Shown: positions 39,007 to 47,486 of the stretch, one piece after another
Numbering within the stretch: the first letter of the stretch is position 1
Layout of the letters: each line of letters begins with the position of its first letter
Assembly (NCBI GenBank): GCA_043812935.1
Contig: JBDRLO010000059.1
Coordinates: 929 to 64,928, forward strand
Length of the DNA stretch: 64,000 bases
Direction: 5' to 3'
Source of the DNA: Candidatus Omnitrophota bacterium
Lineage (GTDB): Bacteria > Omnitrophota > Gorgyraeia > Tantalellales > Tantalellaceae
The notes under the pieces: model-generated
Told to the model about the DNA's origin: nothing
What the model saw: the letters and a program-made list of their open reading frames with translations, nothing else
The model's database searches: none
Position numbers and translations under genes: made by a program

Positions 39007-39115
39007 CGGACAGGCACAAGGGCCATGTACCACACAGGGTACATGGCAAGACCTGTCCCTACGGTTTACTTCCCGGATTTTTCAATTACGGACAGGCACG
39101 GGGGCCTGTCCCTAC
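39007..39115 (-). repeat. Two REP-like units, the first carrying a nested second palindrome in its loop
   Basis: 39007-39064: cggacaggcacaagggc CATGTACC acacag GGTACATG gcaagacctgtccctacgg. Then the conserved linker and a canonical unit at 39089-39115. Confidence 0.85.
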
Positions 39116-39127
39116 ATCAATAATTTC

Positions 39128-39155
39128 GTGTAGCGTGAAACGTATTACGTGTCAC
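39128..39155. repeat. Heptad tract, 4 units, opposite orientation (gtgtagc gtgaaac gtattac gtgtcac)
   Basis: Read directly. The plus strand carries the GTGNAAC form here, inverted relative to the other tracts. Confidence 0.7.
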
Positions 39156-39159
39156 GCTT

Positions 39160-40248
39160 TTATCGTACCTTAAGCGTTGCAATACTTACAAGAGCTAAAA
39201 TCGCAGCAACAATCAGAAAACGCATGGTAACTTTTGCTTCATGCCACCCTTTTATCTGAAAATGGTGATGTATCGGCGACATAAGAAAAACTCTTTTTTT
39301 ACGGGTCTTGAAAGACACAACCTGGATAATAACGGACAAGGCTTCAACAACTAATACCCCGCCCGCTATTAACAATAAAACTTCTTTTTTTATCAAAACA
39401 CTAATAATCGCGATTGCGCCGCCAAGAGAAAGCGCGCCTGTATCTCCCATAAAAATAGTCGCGGGATAACTGTTAAACCACAGGAACCCTAATCCAGCTC
39501 CAGTTAATGCTGAGCAAAAAACAGCTAACTCCCCTGAACCGGGCAAATAAAACACTTGAAGATATTTACTAAGCGCAGCGTGTCCCGTAATATAGCTAAA
39601 AACAGCATATGTAAAAGTAATAAATACCATACATCCTATAGCCAGACCATCAAGACCGTCTGTCAGGTTTAAAGCATTTGAAGCGCCAACAATAACTAAA
39701 AGAACAAAAACAATATAAAACAAACCTAGATTGCAAACCGCGTTTTTCACAAAAGGTATATATAAATCCGAACCAATTTGTTTACTATGCAGAACAAAAA
39801 GGCCTACAATTAAAGCAAGAACCACTTGCCCGACTAATTTGGTTATACCGCGGATACCTTTAGCGCTTTTGTTTCTGATTTTAATATAATCATCAACAAA
39901 CCCGACACATCCAAGCCATATCATACCGGAAAGCGCCAACAACACATAATCATTATTAATCCGGCACCACAAAAGTGAGGATACGGTTACAGCAACAATA
40001 ATTAAAACCCCGCCCATTGTCGGGGTTCCTTCTTTATGTTTATGCAAGTCATATAACCCCTTAACGTGTTCTTTTCTTACATACTGTCCTATCTTAAAAA
40101 GTTTAAGACGCTCTATAATAAATGGCCCGACAATCACACAAATTACAAAAGAAGTTACCGCGGCCATACTGGCACGAAAAGTAATATATTTAAAAACATT
40201 AAAACCAAACCAAATTTCCGTTAGTGGATATAAGATGTCGTATAACAC
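39160..40248 (-). CDS. mraY: Phospho-N-acetylmuramoyl-pentapeptide transferase
   Basis: 362 aa polytopic protein. NLTDGLDGLA and FMGDTGALSLGG motifs. Confidence 0.95.
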   Translation of the reverse strand: MLYDILYPLTEIWFGFNVFKYITFRASMAAVTSFVICVIVGPFIIERLKLFKIGQYVRKEHVKGLYDLHKHKEGTPTMGGVLIIVAVTVSSLLWCRINNDYVLLALSGMIWLGCVGFVDDYIKIRNKSAKGIRGITKLVGQVVLALIVGLFVLHSKQIGSDLYIPFVKNAVCNLGLFYIVFVLLVIVGASNALNLTDGLDGLAIGCMVFITFTYAVFSYITGHAALSKYLQVFYLPGSGELAVFCSALTGAGLGFLWFNSYPATIFMGDTGALSLGGAIAIISVLIKKEVLLLIAGGVLVVEALSVIIQVVSFKTRKKRVFLMSPIHHHFQIKGWHEAKVTMRFLIVAAILALVSIATLKVR

Positions 40249-41594
40249 TTCAGAACTTCCTCCATTCTTGAAGACCTTGACCCTTTTAATAAAATCATAG
40301 CTTCAGGGCATGACATCATTCGAATCATTTCAGCCGCCTCTTCATGATTCGAAACATGCGCGATTAAATCCTTTTTCATGCCTTTTTCCCCTGCCCCATT
40401 AGCGATATGAACGGCTTTTTTTCCCAATACAATTAAAAAATCGATATTCTTGTCCGCAATGCTTGCTCCGATTTTTTTATGAAAATTTTCACTTTCTTTC
40501 CCCAATTCCGCCATATCACCCGCAACAACTCCTTTTCTGGGAGCTTTACAACTCTCTAAAAATCTAAGCGCGGCTTCAAACGATTCAGGATTAGCATTAT
40601 AGGAATCATTAATAAACACACGCCCGCCGGCTATTGTTTTTTCAAGACGCATTTTCGGTAATGAGATTTTTTCTAAACTTTTGTAGATATCCTTATAACC
40701 AATCCCAAAAAATTCGGCTACGGATATAGCCGCGGCAGAATTATAAACATTATGAATTCCTTTTAACGGAATAAAATACTTTCTCTTGTTAACACAAAAT
40801 TCATATCCGTCAGTTTTTTCCAAAATTTTATCAACATAGAAATCGCTACCCGGTTTTGTTCCAAAAAACTCTATCAAAAATTTTTCACGCGAAACATCTG
40901 ACAACAAATCATCATCTATATTAAGAAAACCTTTTCCATTTTCACGCAAATATTTTAAAAGACTCATCTTTTCCTTTAAAACACCTTTTTTGTCAGAAAA
41001 ATACTGCAAATGTCCATTTCCGATATTTGTAATAACCGCAACATCCGGCCCGGCAATTCTGGATAATTCAGCAATTTCACCCGGATAATTCGTTCCGAGC
41101 TCAACAACAGCCATATCATAATCTACGGTTAAATTAAATAAAGTCAAGCTTACCCCGACAATATTATTATACGATTTGATACTTCGCAACACTTTATATT
41201 TAGAAGAAAGTACCTCGGCTAAAATATCTTTAACTGTAGTTTTCCCGTTAGTGCCCGTTATGCAGATTACCGGAATATTTATTCTCCTCCTTATTTCTTC
41301 AGCTATCCTGCCCATAGCCCTAAAATTATTCTGTGTAAGAATAATATGTCCGATTTCCTGCTTTAAAAGCTTATCATTAACACGCTCGACAATTATTCCC
41401 ATAGCTTTTTTTCTGACAGCTTCATTAATATAATCATGTCCGTCAAAATTTTTCCCCTTAAGCGCTATAAAGAACTGCCCGGGACGTATTGTCCTGGAAT
41501 CAACGGAAAACCCTTCCTCAATCAATTTTTTTTTGTTTTTTGAGGATAATTTTCCACCCGTAATTTCAGATATCTCTTCAACTGTAAATTTCAT
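40221..41594 (-). CDS. murF: UDP-MurNAc-tripeptide--D-Ala-D-Ala ligase
   Basis: 457 aa. GTNGKTT and DSYNANPES motifs. Confidence 0.95.
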   Translation of the reverse strand: MKFTVEEISEITGGKLSSKNKKKLIEEGFSVDSRTIRPGQFFIALKGKNFDGHDYINEAVRKKAMGIIVERVNDKLLKQEIGHIILTQNNFRAMGRIAEEIRRRINIPVICITGTNGKTTVKDILAEVLSSKYKVLRSIKSYNNIVGVSLTLFNLTVDYDMAVVELGTNYPGEIAELSRIAGPDVAVITNIGNGHLQYFSDKKGVLKEKMSLLKYLRENGKGFLNIDDDLLSDVSREKFLIEFFGTKPGSDFYVDKILEKTDGYEFCVNKRKYFIPLKGIHNVYNSAAAISVAEFFGIGYKDIYKSLEKISLPKMRLEKTIAGGRVFINDSYNANPESFEAALRFLESCKAPRKGVVAGDMAELGKESENFHKKIGASIADKNIDFLIVLGKKAVHIANGAGEKGMKKDLIAHVSNHEEAAEMIRMMSCPEAMILLKGSRSSRMEEVLKCYTTSYIH

Positions 41595-41600
41595 AATTTT

Positions 41601-41663
41601 GCGTTACATGTTTCACGTTGCAGGTTACACACTACACGTTACAAGTTACACGTTGCACGTTTT
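41601..41663. repeat. Heptad tract, 9 units (phase GTTNCAC: gttacat gtttcac gttgcag gttacac actacac gttacaa gttacac gttgcac gttttct)
   Basis: Read directly with strict 7-nt period. Begins 7 nt upstream of the murF ATG (41594); no Shine-Dalgarno sequence is evident in between. Confidence 0.85.
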
Positions 41664-41703
41664 CTAAAACAAAAAAAATAGCGTCTTAATTTGTGATATA
41701 AAC

Positions 41704-41738
41704 CTGTTTCGTGCCGCATGCTACATGTTACGCGTCTT
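41704..41738. repeat. Second heptad block, about 5 units (ctgtttc gtgccgc atgctac atgttac gcgtctt)
   Basis: Read directly. Just downstream of the murE stop (41743). Confidence 0.6.
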
Positions 41739-41742
41739 TTAA

Positions 41743-43218
41743 TCAATAACCTTTGTTTTTTAAAACCTTCAGGGCAATTTTGCAATCATCAAACGGAAGT
41801 ACCCGATCACCTACTATCTGATAGTTTTCATGTCCTTTGCCGGCAATAACAACTATGTCTTCCGGTTCTGCCGCATCTATGGCAGCATTTATGGCAGCTT
41901 CACGCACTTCTATTATACTATACCTGGCCCCTTTCACCATTCCTTTTTCAATTTGTTTAAGTATTTCACAAGGATCTTCCCGCCTGGGGTTATCATTTGT
42001 AAGTATTATATTATCACAAAAATCACTCGCGATTTCCCCCATTAACGGCCTTTTTAACTTATCCCTGTCCCCGCCGCACCCAAAAACACAAATGAGCTGT
42101 TTCTTTGCCAATCCCCGGAGAGCCTCCAATAAATTTTTTAAAGCATCAGGAGTATGCGCGTAATCTACAAAAACTTTAAAGGGCGCATTTGAACAGACAT
42201 TTTCAAGCCTACCAGGCACTTCAATAAAACTTTCCAAAGTATTTTTTACAATTTTCAGATTTATATTGTTATTAATGAGCGCGCCGACAGCTGACAAAAC
42301 ATTGTAAACATTATGCGTACCGATAAGTCTCGATTTAATAAAAACCCGTCCGCATCCCTTTACTTCCAGATTAAATTCTGTCCCTGACGCGGACAATTTA
42401 ATGTTTTCCGCTCTTACATCGGCATTTTTTGACATTCCAAACCCAACAAATTCAGGAAAATTAATAACTTTCTTTAATCCGATAACCATCGGATCGTCAA
42501 CATTAAGAACCGCTGTTCCGTCCGGTTTTAAATTCTGAAATATTTTTGATTTATCATTTAAATATGCTTCCATATTTTTATGATAATCCAAATGTTCCGG
42601 AGTAATATTGGTAAAAACCGCGGTATCCAGATTAATTCCGTAAACCCTTTTTTGACTAAGCGCATGGCTTGACATTTCAATGACTGCCGAATTTTTCCCC
42701 TCTGAAAGCATATCAGATAAAAAGCTATTAAGCGCCACCACATCCGGAGTTGTAAGATTAGAACGCTCAAAAACATTATTTCTTTTCTGGGTAAAAACCG
42801 TACTAACAAACGCGCTGGAATTACCATGAGCGTTTAACAACGCGTTTATCAAAAACACCGTGGTAGTTTTACCATTTGTCCCGGTCACTCCGAAAACGTT
42901 GAGCTTATCCGACGGATCTCCAAAAACATGTTTTGCCGCATATCCAAGCGTTTCCCTGACATCATTAACAACGATAACACGCTTTAATTGTTCTTGCGTT
43001 ACCCCTGATGGTTTTTTTTCGCAAAAAACCCGCCGTGCGCCTTTTTTTATAACATCACAGATATAGCAATGCCCGTCAAAAATAACACCTTTAACGGCAA
43101 AAAAAACATCGCCGGGACAAACCATTCGGGAATCCGTTTTAATATTCAGTTTGTTAATATAATTCCCTTTAATAAGGCCATTAACTATATTCATATTTTC
43201 AAAGTCAGAATAAGACAT
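41743..43218 (-). CDS. murE: UDP-MurNAc-L-Ala-D-Glu--2,6-diaminopimelate ligase
   Basis: 491 aa. GTNGKTT motif. A DNPR motif (LTNDNPRREDP) suggests meso-DAP specificity. Confidence 0.95.
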   Translation of the reverse strand: MSYSDFENMNIVNGLIKGNYINKLNIKTDSRMVCPGDVFFAVKGVIFDGHCYICDVIKKGARRVFCEKKPSGVTQEQLKRVIVVNDVRETLGYAAKHVFGDPSDKLNVFGVTGTNGKTTTVFLINALLNAHGNSSAFVSTVFTQKRNNVFERSNLTTPDVVALNSFLSDMLSEGKNSAVIEMSSHALSQKRVYGINLDTAVFTNITPEHLDYHKNMEAYLNDKSKIFQNLKPDGTAVLNVDDPMVIGLKKVINFPEFVGFGMSKNADVRAENIKLSASGTEFNLEVKGCGRVFIKSRLIGTHNVYNVLSAVGALINNNINLKIVKNTLESFIEVPGRLENVCSNAPFKVFVDYAHTPDALKNLLEALRGLAKKQLICVFGCGGDRDKLKRPLMGEIASDFCDNIILTNDNPRREDPCEILKQIEKGMVKGARYSIIEVREAAINAAIDAAEPEDIVVIAGKGHENYQIVGDRVLPFDDCKIALKVLKNKGY

Positions 43219-43220
43219 AA

Positions 43221-44888
43221 TTATCCGTTATTGGAATTTATATATTGTAAAATCCGTTCAGCTATGTTTTTAAACGCAGGAGCCGCAACCTTCCCGCCGG
43301 AATAAACAGGATGCGGATCATATATTGCCACAACAATGCTTATAAGAGGGTTATCCATCGGCGCAAAACCCACAAAAGTCGCGTCATGTTTGTTTTTATA
43401 ATAACCGCCTTCGGGATTAACCATCTGAGCCGTACCGGTTTTTCCGCACAACTCATATAAATCCGAAGCGGCGCGCCTGCCGGTAGCATCAGTAACAACA
43501 TACCTTAAAACATCTTTCATTTTTTGACTAGTTTCCCTACTTATAACCCGCCGCAAGACTACGGGTTTATATGCTCTATATAAACCGTTATCCCAGGTTG
43601 TCATTCTTTCCACAATATAGGGTTTCATTAAATAACCGCCGTTTGCTATTACACTTACGGCATTCACGAGCTGAATGGGAGTAACCGCTATCCCTTGTCC
43701 GATAGGTATTGTAGTTATATCGCTTCGAGACCACTGGCTAACGGGACGGCTTATCCCGTCAACTTCGCCGGGCAATGTAATCCCGGTTTTTTTCCCAAAT
43801 CCAAAACGGTCGATATAACTATATAATTTCGCCTCACCCAGCTTACTTGCCGCTTTTACAGTACCTATATTACTCGACTTTCCAATAACTTCGCGAAACG
43901 TAAGCGTTTCATATCCCCGGACATCATGCAATATCCGGCCCCGCGTTTTATAAAAGCCTTTTTCGCAATAAAACTTATCATCTAAATCTACAAGCCCCTC
44001 GTTCAGCACAGCACTCGCAGTTACAATTTTAAAAACACTGCCCGGCTCGTAAACGCTTGCAACCGCTTTATTTTTGACAATATCCTGCGAAGCTGTTTCT
44101 AAAACGTTTAAATTATAATCAGGGTAATTCGCCAATGCCAATATCCGGCCTGAAAAAGGCTCCATCACAATAACAGATCCGCCCGCGGCGTTAAACTTAC
44201 AGACCGTATTTTTCAACTCTTCCCCGGCAATATACTGCGCTACACTATCAATTGTTAATACTATGTTGTATCCATTTTGCGGCGGCAAAGAATCCTTTTC
44301 ATTAAATAATACTGTTTTCCTATTCGCGTCTCTTATTAAATGCCTGTATCCGGGTTTACCTTTCAGCTTATCTTCAAACTCCAGTTCAATACCTTCTAAG
44401 CCTTCATTATCTATTCCGACAAAACCAATAACATGACAGGCTCTATTATCATTTGAATAATACCTTTTACTTTCATTTGAAAAATTTATGCCGTTAAGCT
44501 GCAGGTTTTTTATTTCCTGAGCTTCACTATTGTCAATTTTACGTTTGAGCCAAACAAAGCTCTTATCCCTTTTAAGCTTCTCCAAAAGCACATCATTATC
44601 AATATCTAAAACCTTCGAAAGAATACGGGCAGTATCTTCCTTTTTCTTTATCCTCCGCGAATCTGAATAAACACTGGGAATATCAAGATTTACTGCCAAC
44701 GGATCCATATTATGGTCGAAAATTATACCTCTTAAAGGCATTATTTCCATTACCTTATTATGCTGTTCCGAAGCTAATTTAGAAAATTTTTCAAAATTTA
44801 ACACCTGCAAATAATACAATCTACAGAACAAAAAGAGAATAAACGTCATTATTGAAAAAAATACAAAATATTGGCGGGTTTTGTACAT
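43221..44888 (-). CDS. ftsI: Division transpeptidase PBP3 (FtsI)
   Basis: 555 aa. N-terminal TM, SVFK, SSN and KTGT motifs. Located between the ftsL-like gene and murE. Confidence 0.9.
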   Translation of the reverse strand: MYKTRQYFVFFSIMTFILFLFCRLYYLQVLNFEKFSKLASEQHNKVMEIMPLRGIIFDHNMDPLAVNLDIPSVYSDSRRIKKKEDTARILSKVLDIDNDVLLEKLKRDKSFVWLKRKIDNSEAQEIKNLQLNGINFSNESKRYYSNDNRACHVIGFVGIDNEGLEGIELEFEDKLKGKPGYRHLIRDANRKTVLFNEKDSLPPQNGYNIVLTIDSVAQYIAGEELKNTVCKFNAAGGSVIVMEPFSGRILALANYPDYNLNVLETASQDIVKNKAVASVYEPGSVFKIVTASAVLNEGLVDLDDKFYCEKGFYKTRGRILHDVRGYETLTFREVIGKSSNIGTVKAASKLGEAKLYSYIDRFGFGKKTGITLPGEVDGISRPVSQWSRSDITTIPIGQGIAVTPIQLVNAVSVIANGGYLMKPYIVERMTTWDNGLYRAYKPVVLRRVISRETSQKMKDVLRYVVTDATGRRAASDLYELCGKTGTAQMVNPEGGYYKNKHDATFVGFAPMDNPLISIVVAIYDPHPVYSGGKVAAPAFKNIAERILQYINSNNG

Positions 44889-44922
44889 TATTCCTCACTG
44901 TAAATTATATTACTCTACTCTT

Positions 44923-45285
44923 TTATTCGCGGGACCTTGCTTCAGCGCTCAAAGTAAAAACGTCAAAAAACCGTTCAATTAAACTTCCGCCAAGAACTCC
45001 TTCATCTACCGTATTATAAGCAATCTGATAATTGTTTATCCCTCCGGTTCGATGATTCGCAAACTCGATTTCTTGGCCGCTAAGCGAGGCAAGCAGGTGT
45101 CCAGGAGACTCCAGTTTGGATAGATTATACATTAATTTCGAATTCTGGTCAACGAGACTGGTTAAACAGCTTATATTCTTCTGCAAAGTATATCCGGCTT
45201 TAACAATTTCAATACGCTGATGGACATATCCAACAGCAATAATCGTTATTATAATTCCGCTGAAAATGATTTTATGCAATTTCAT
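44923..45285 (-). CDS. FtsL-position small bitopic protein
   Basis: The ATG at 45285 starts 2 nt after the rsmH stop. MKLHKIIFSGIIITIIAVGYV provides a single TM. Assignment rests on position between rsmH and ftsI only. Confidence 0.5.
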   Translation of the reverse strand: MKLHKIIFSGIIITIIAVGYVHQRIEIVKAGYTLQKNISCLTSLVDQNSKLMYNLSKLESPGHLLASLSGQEIEFANHRTGGINNYQIAYNTVDEGVLGGSLIERFFDVFTLSAEARSRE

Positions 45286-45286
45286 A

Positions 45287-46204
45287 TTAAACTCTTTCTG
45301 CCACACGCAATTTTGCGCTTCTTGACCTTGGATTTCTTGCAATTTCGTCCTGACCGGGACAAACCGGTTTTTTCGTGATAATCTTCATTTCCCCGGTTTT
45401 TGCTGTTTCTCTAAATATATTTTTTACTATTCGATCCTCAAGAGAATGAAACGATATAACAGTTATACGCGCACCCGGGTTCAAAAACCTTATCGTATTT
45501 TTGACCGCCGCTTCCGCGGCTTTAAGTTCGTCATTCACATAAATCCGTAAAGCCTGGAAGGTCCTCGCCGCAGCGCTTATTTTCTGGCGGTTATATTTTC
45601 GGCCCAACGCACCTTTGATCACTGAAACAAGCTCCATAGTAGTTTCTATGTTCTTTTTTTTTCGCGCGCGAACTATCGCAGCAGCCGCAAGTTTAGCATG
45701 ACGCTCTTCCCCATATTCTTTTATAATATCCGAAAGAACTTCTTTACTAAACTTATTCACGACCTCTTTTGCCGATAGTTTTTGCCGGCTATCCATTCTC
45801 ATATCCAAAGGCCCGTCTTTCAAAAAACTAAATCCGCGTTCTGCTTCATCAATCTGAAAAGAAGACATACCAAAATCAAAAATTGCCCCGTCCAGTTTTT
45901 CAATTTCAACAGATTTCAAAATTTGAACTATATTTCTAAAATCATCATTCACATATATTATTCGGCCGTTAAACTCTTTCAGAGTTCTTTTAACTCTTTC
46001 TATCGCTGAAGAATCCTTGTCAATTCCGATAACACAACCTTTGGGCCCTATTTTTTTTAAACATTCCCTCGTATGTCCTCCTCCGCCCAATGTTCCGTCA
46101 AGGATAACACTGCCCGAAGTGATATCTAAATAATCTATTACTTCGTTTAAAAGAACAGGAACATGCGCGTTGGTTTTCTTTTCTGTCATTTTAACGTTTT
46201 TCAT
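45287..46204 (-). CDS. rsmH: 16S rRNA (cytosine1402-N4)-methyltransferase
   Basis: 305 aa. HVPVLLNEV, DGTLGGGGH, DFGMSSFQID and FHSLEDRIVK motifs. Confidence 0.95.
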   Translation of the reverse strand: MKNVKMTEKKTNAHVPVLLNEVIDYLDITSGSVILDGTLGGGGHTRECLKKIGPKGCVIGIDKDSSAIERVKRTLKEFNGRIIYVNDDFRNIVQILKSVEIEKLDGAIFDFGMSSFQIDEAERGFSFLKDGPLDMRMDSRQKLSAKEVVNKFSKEVLSDIIKEYGEERHAKLAAAAIVRARKKKNIETTMELVSVIKGALGRKYNRQKISAAARTFQALRIYVNDELKAAEAAVKNTIRFLNPGARITVISFHSLEDRIVKNIFRETAKTGEMKIITKKPVCPGQDEIARNPRSRSAKLRVAERV

Positions 46205-46383
46205 TTATCGTTCTTAAAAAATTTATCCATTACGGCAAACTGTTTTTTATAAAACTTTGAGTACGAACTGACTAACCCCGGCCTATTGGAATGCTTGTTA
46301 TTGGAATTGCTTCTTTTATTTGTCGTACGTTTTTTGCCATAAATTGACCCGCCGAATTCACAAGCCTGCAAATACTTTTTCAT
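46201..46383 (-). CDS. Small basic protein (60 aa), unknown
   Basis: GGAGG lies 7 nt upstream of the ATG. Its stop overlaps the rsmH start (ATGA). K/R/N-rich sequence. Confidence 0.45.
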   Translation of the reverse strand: MKKYLQACEFGGSIYGKKRTTNKRSNSNNKHSNRPGLVSSYSKFYKKQFAVMDKFFKNDK

Positions 46384-46424
46384 GAAATACCTCCAAAAGA
46401 CTTATATTTATGACATTTTATCAA

Positions 46425-46616
46425 TCACAGACAGTCTTTAGCTCTTATGTGTTTTTTTTTACCCAACCCGGAAGAAGAAACAACATACCTCTTAACCCCC
46501 AAATGCGAAGTACCGGCAGGAAGCGCTCTTGCCTTTTTTACCCTTTCCACCATATTTACACAATTAATAAACTCTACCTGTTTCTTATGAAACTTTACGG
46601 CATAACGTCTATACAT
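46425..46616 (-). CDS. Small basic protein (63 aa from MYRRYAVKFHKK), unknown
   Basis: GGAGG lies 6 nt upstream of the ATG at 46616. Located between mraZ and rsmH. Confidence 0.45.
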   Translation of the reverse strand: MYRRYAVKFHKKQVEFINCVNMVERVKKARALPAGTSHLGVKRYVVSSSGLGKKKHIRAKDCL

Positions 46617-46649
46617 ATCAACCTCCTTCCCGGTGTTCATCAATATCAG

Positions 46650-47084
46650 CTAATCCAAAAGTTTTTCAGCTATATCTTCATAATTCTCTTTTGAATTTTT
46701 ATAAAAATTTTCCCATTTTTTCTTATCCCATATTTCTATTCGATTGGAAATCCCGACTATAACGATATCCCTTGTTAACCCCGCGTACTGCCTTAAGTAA
46801 TCCGGTAAAAGTATTCTCCATTGTTTATCCGGAATAACTTCTCCGGCACCGGAAAAAAACATTCTCCGAAATTTTCTTACTTCTTTTTTGGTAAATGACA
46901 TTTCTTTAAACTTGTTTTCCTGCACCCTCCATTCATTTTCCGGAAACATAAACAGACATTCATCTAATCCACGGGTTATATAAAACTTTTCTATACCCAT
47001 TTCTTCTATGGCATCGCGAAACCGCGCCGGTATTATTAAGCGGTTTTTCTTATCTAAGATATGTATATGTTCCCCATAAAACAT
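46650..47084 (-). CDS. mraZ: Transcriptional regulator MraZ
   Basis: MFYGEHIHILDKKNRLIIPARFR... and a second SpoVT/AbrB-like repeat (DKQWRILLPDYLRQYA). Internal start chosen (GGAGGAAAG upstream), because the extended track ORF would contain the predicted promoter. Confidence 0.9.
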   Translation of the reverse strand: MFYGEHIHILDKKNRLIIPARFRDAIEEMGIEKFYITRGLDECLFMFPENEWRVQENKFKEMSFTKKEVRKFRRMFFSGAGEVIPDKQWRILLPDYLRQYAGLTRDIVIVGISNRIEIWDKKKWENFYKNSKENYEDIAEKLLD

Positions 47085-47085
47085 T

Positions 47086-47112
47086 CCACTTTCCTCCACT
47101 TTTATCCACTTA
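47086..47112 (-). promoter_or_regulatory. Three direct GTGGA repeats with about 10-nt period (candidate MraZ operator)
   Basis: Minus strand AAGTGGAtaaaAGTGGAggaaAGTGGAATG. Spacing inferred from the ORF-track translation KWIKVEESGM. Coordinates are +/-1 nt. Confidence 0.5.
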
Positions 47113-47120
47113 CAATAAAG

Positions 47121-47149
47121 AGTATACACATGAAATGGGAACATGTCAA
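47121..47149 (-). promoter_or_regulatory. Candidate dcw (mraZ) promoter
   Basis: Minus strand TTGACA (47149-47144), 17-nt spacer, TATACT (47126-47121), about 35 nt upstream of the mraZ ATG. Confidence 0.45.
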
Positions 47150-47486
47150 ATGCATAATCTAAGCATTTTAAATCTTTTTAGAAAGTACACACTATATAGC
47201 ATTTATATGTTTCCTGCTACATCATATTGTGTTTCATAATACAAAAAAATATGCCCACAATACAATAAAAAGACCTTTTCTCCTTGCTATAATATGATAT
47301 AAGAAAAATTGTGAGGTTAAATAAGACAATCTGATAAGAACTTAATTATAGATCGGCAAAATTTACTACAAAAATAACGAGAAATTACACTAGATGGGAT
47401 CCCAATGAAAGCTATTATCAGGCAGCACATTATAGAAATAATACACTATTCTGCGCAACCCCTTCTACCTAATACTAAAAAATAAA

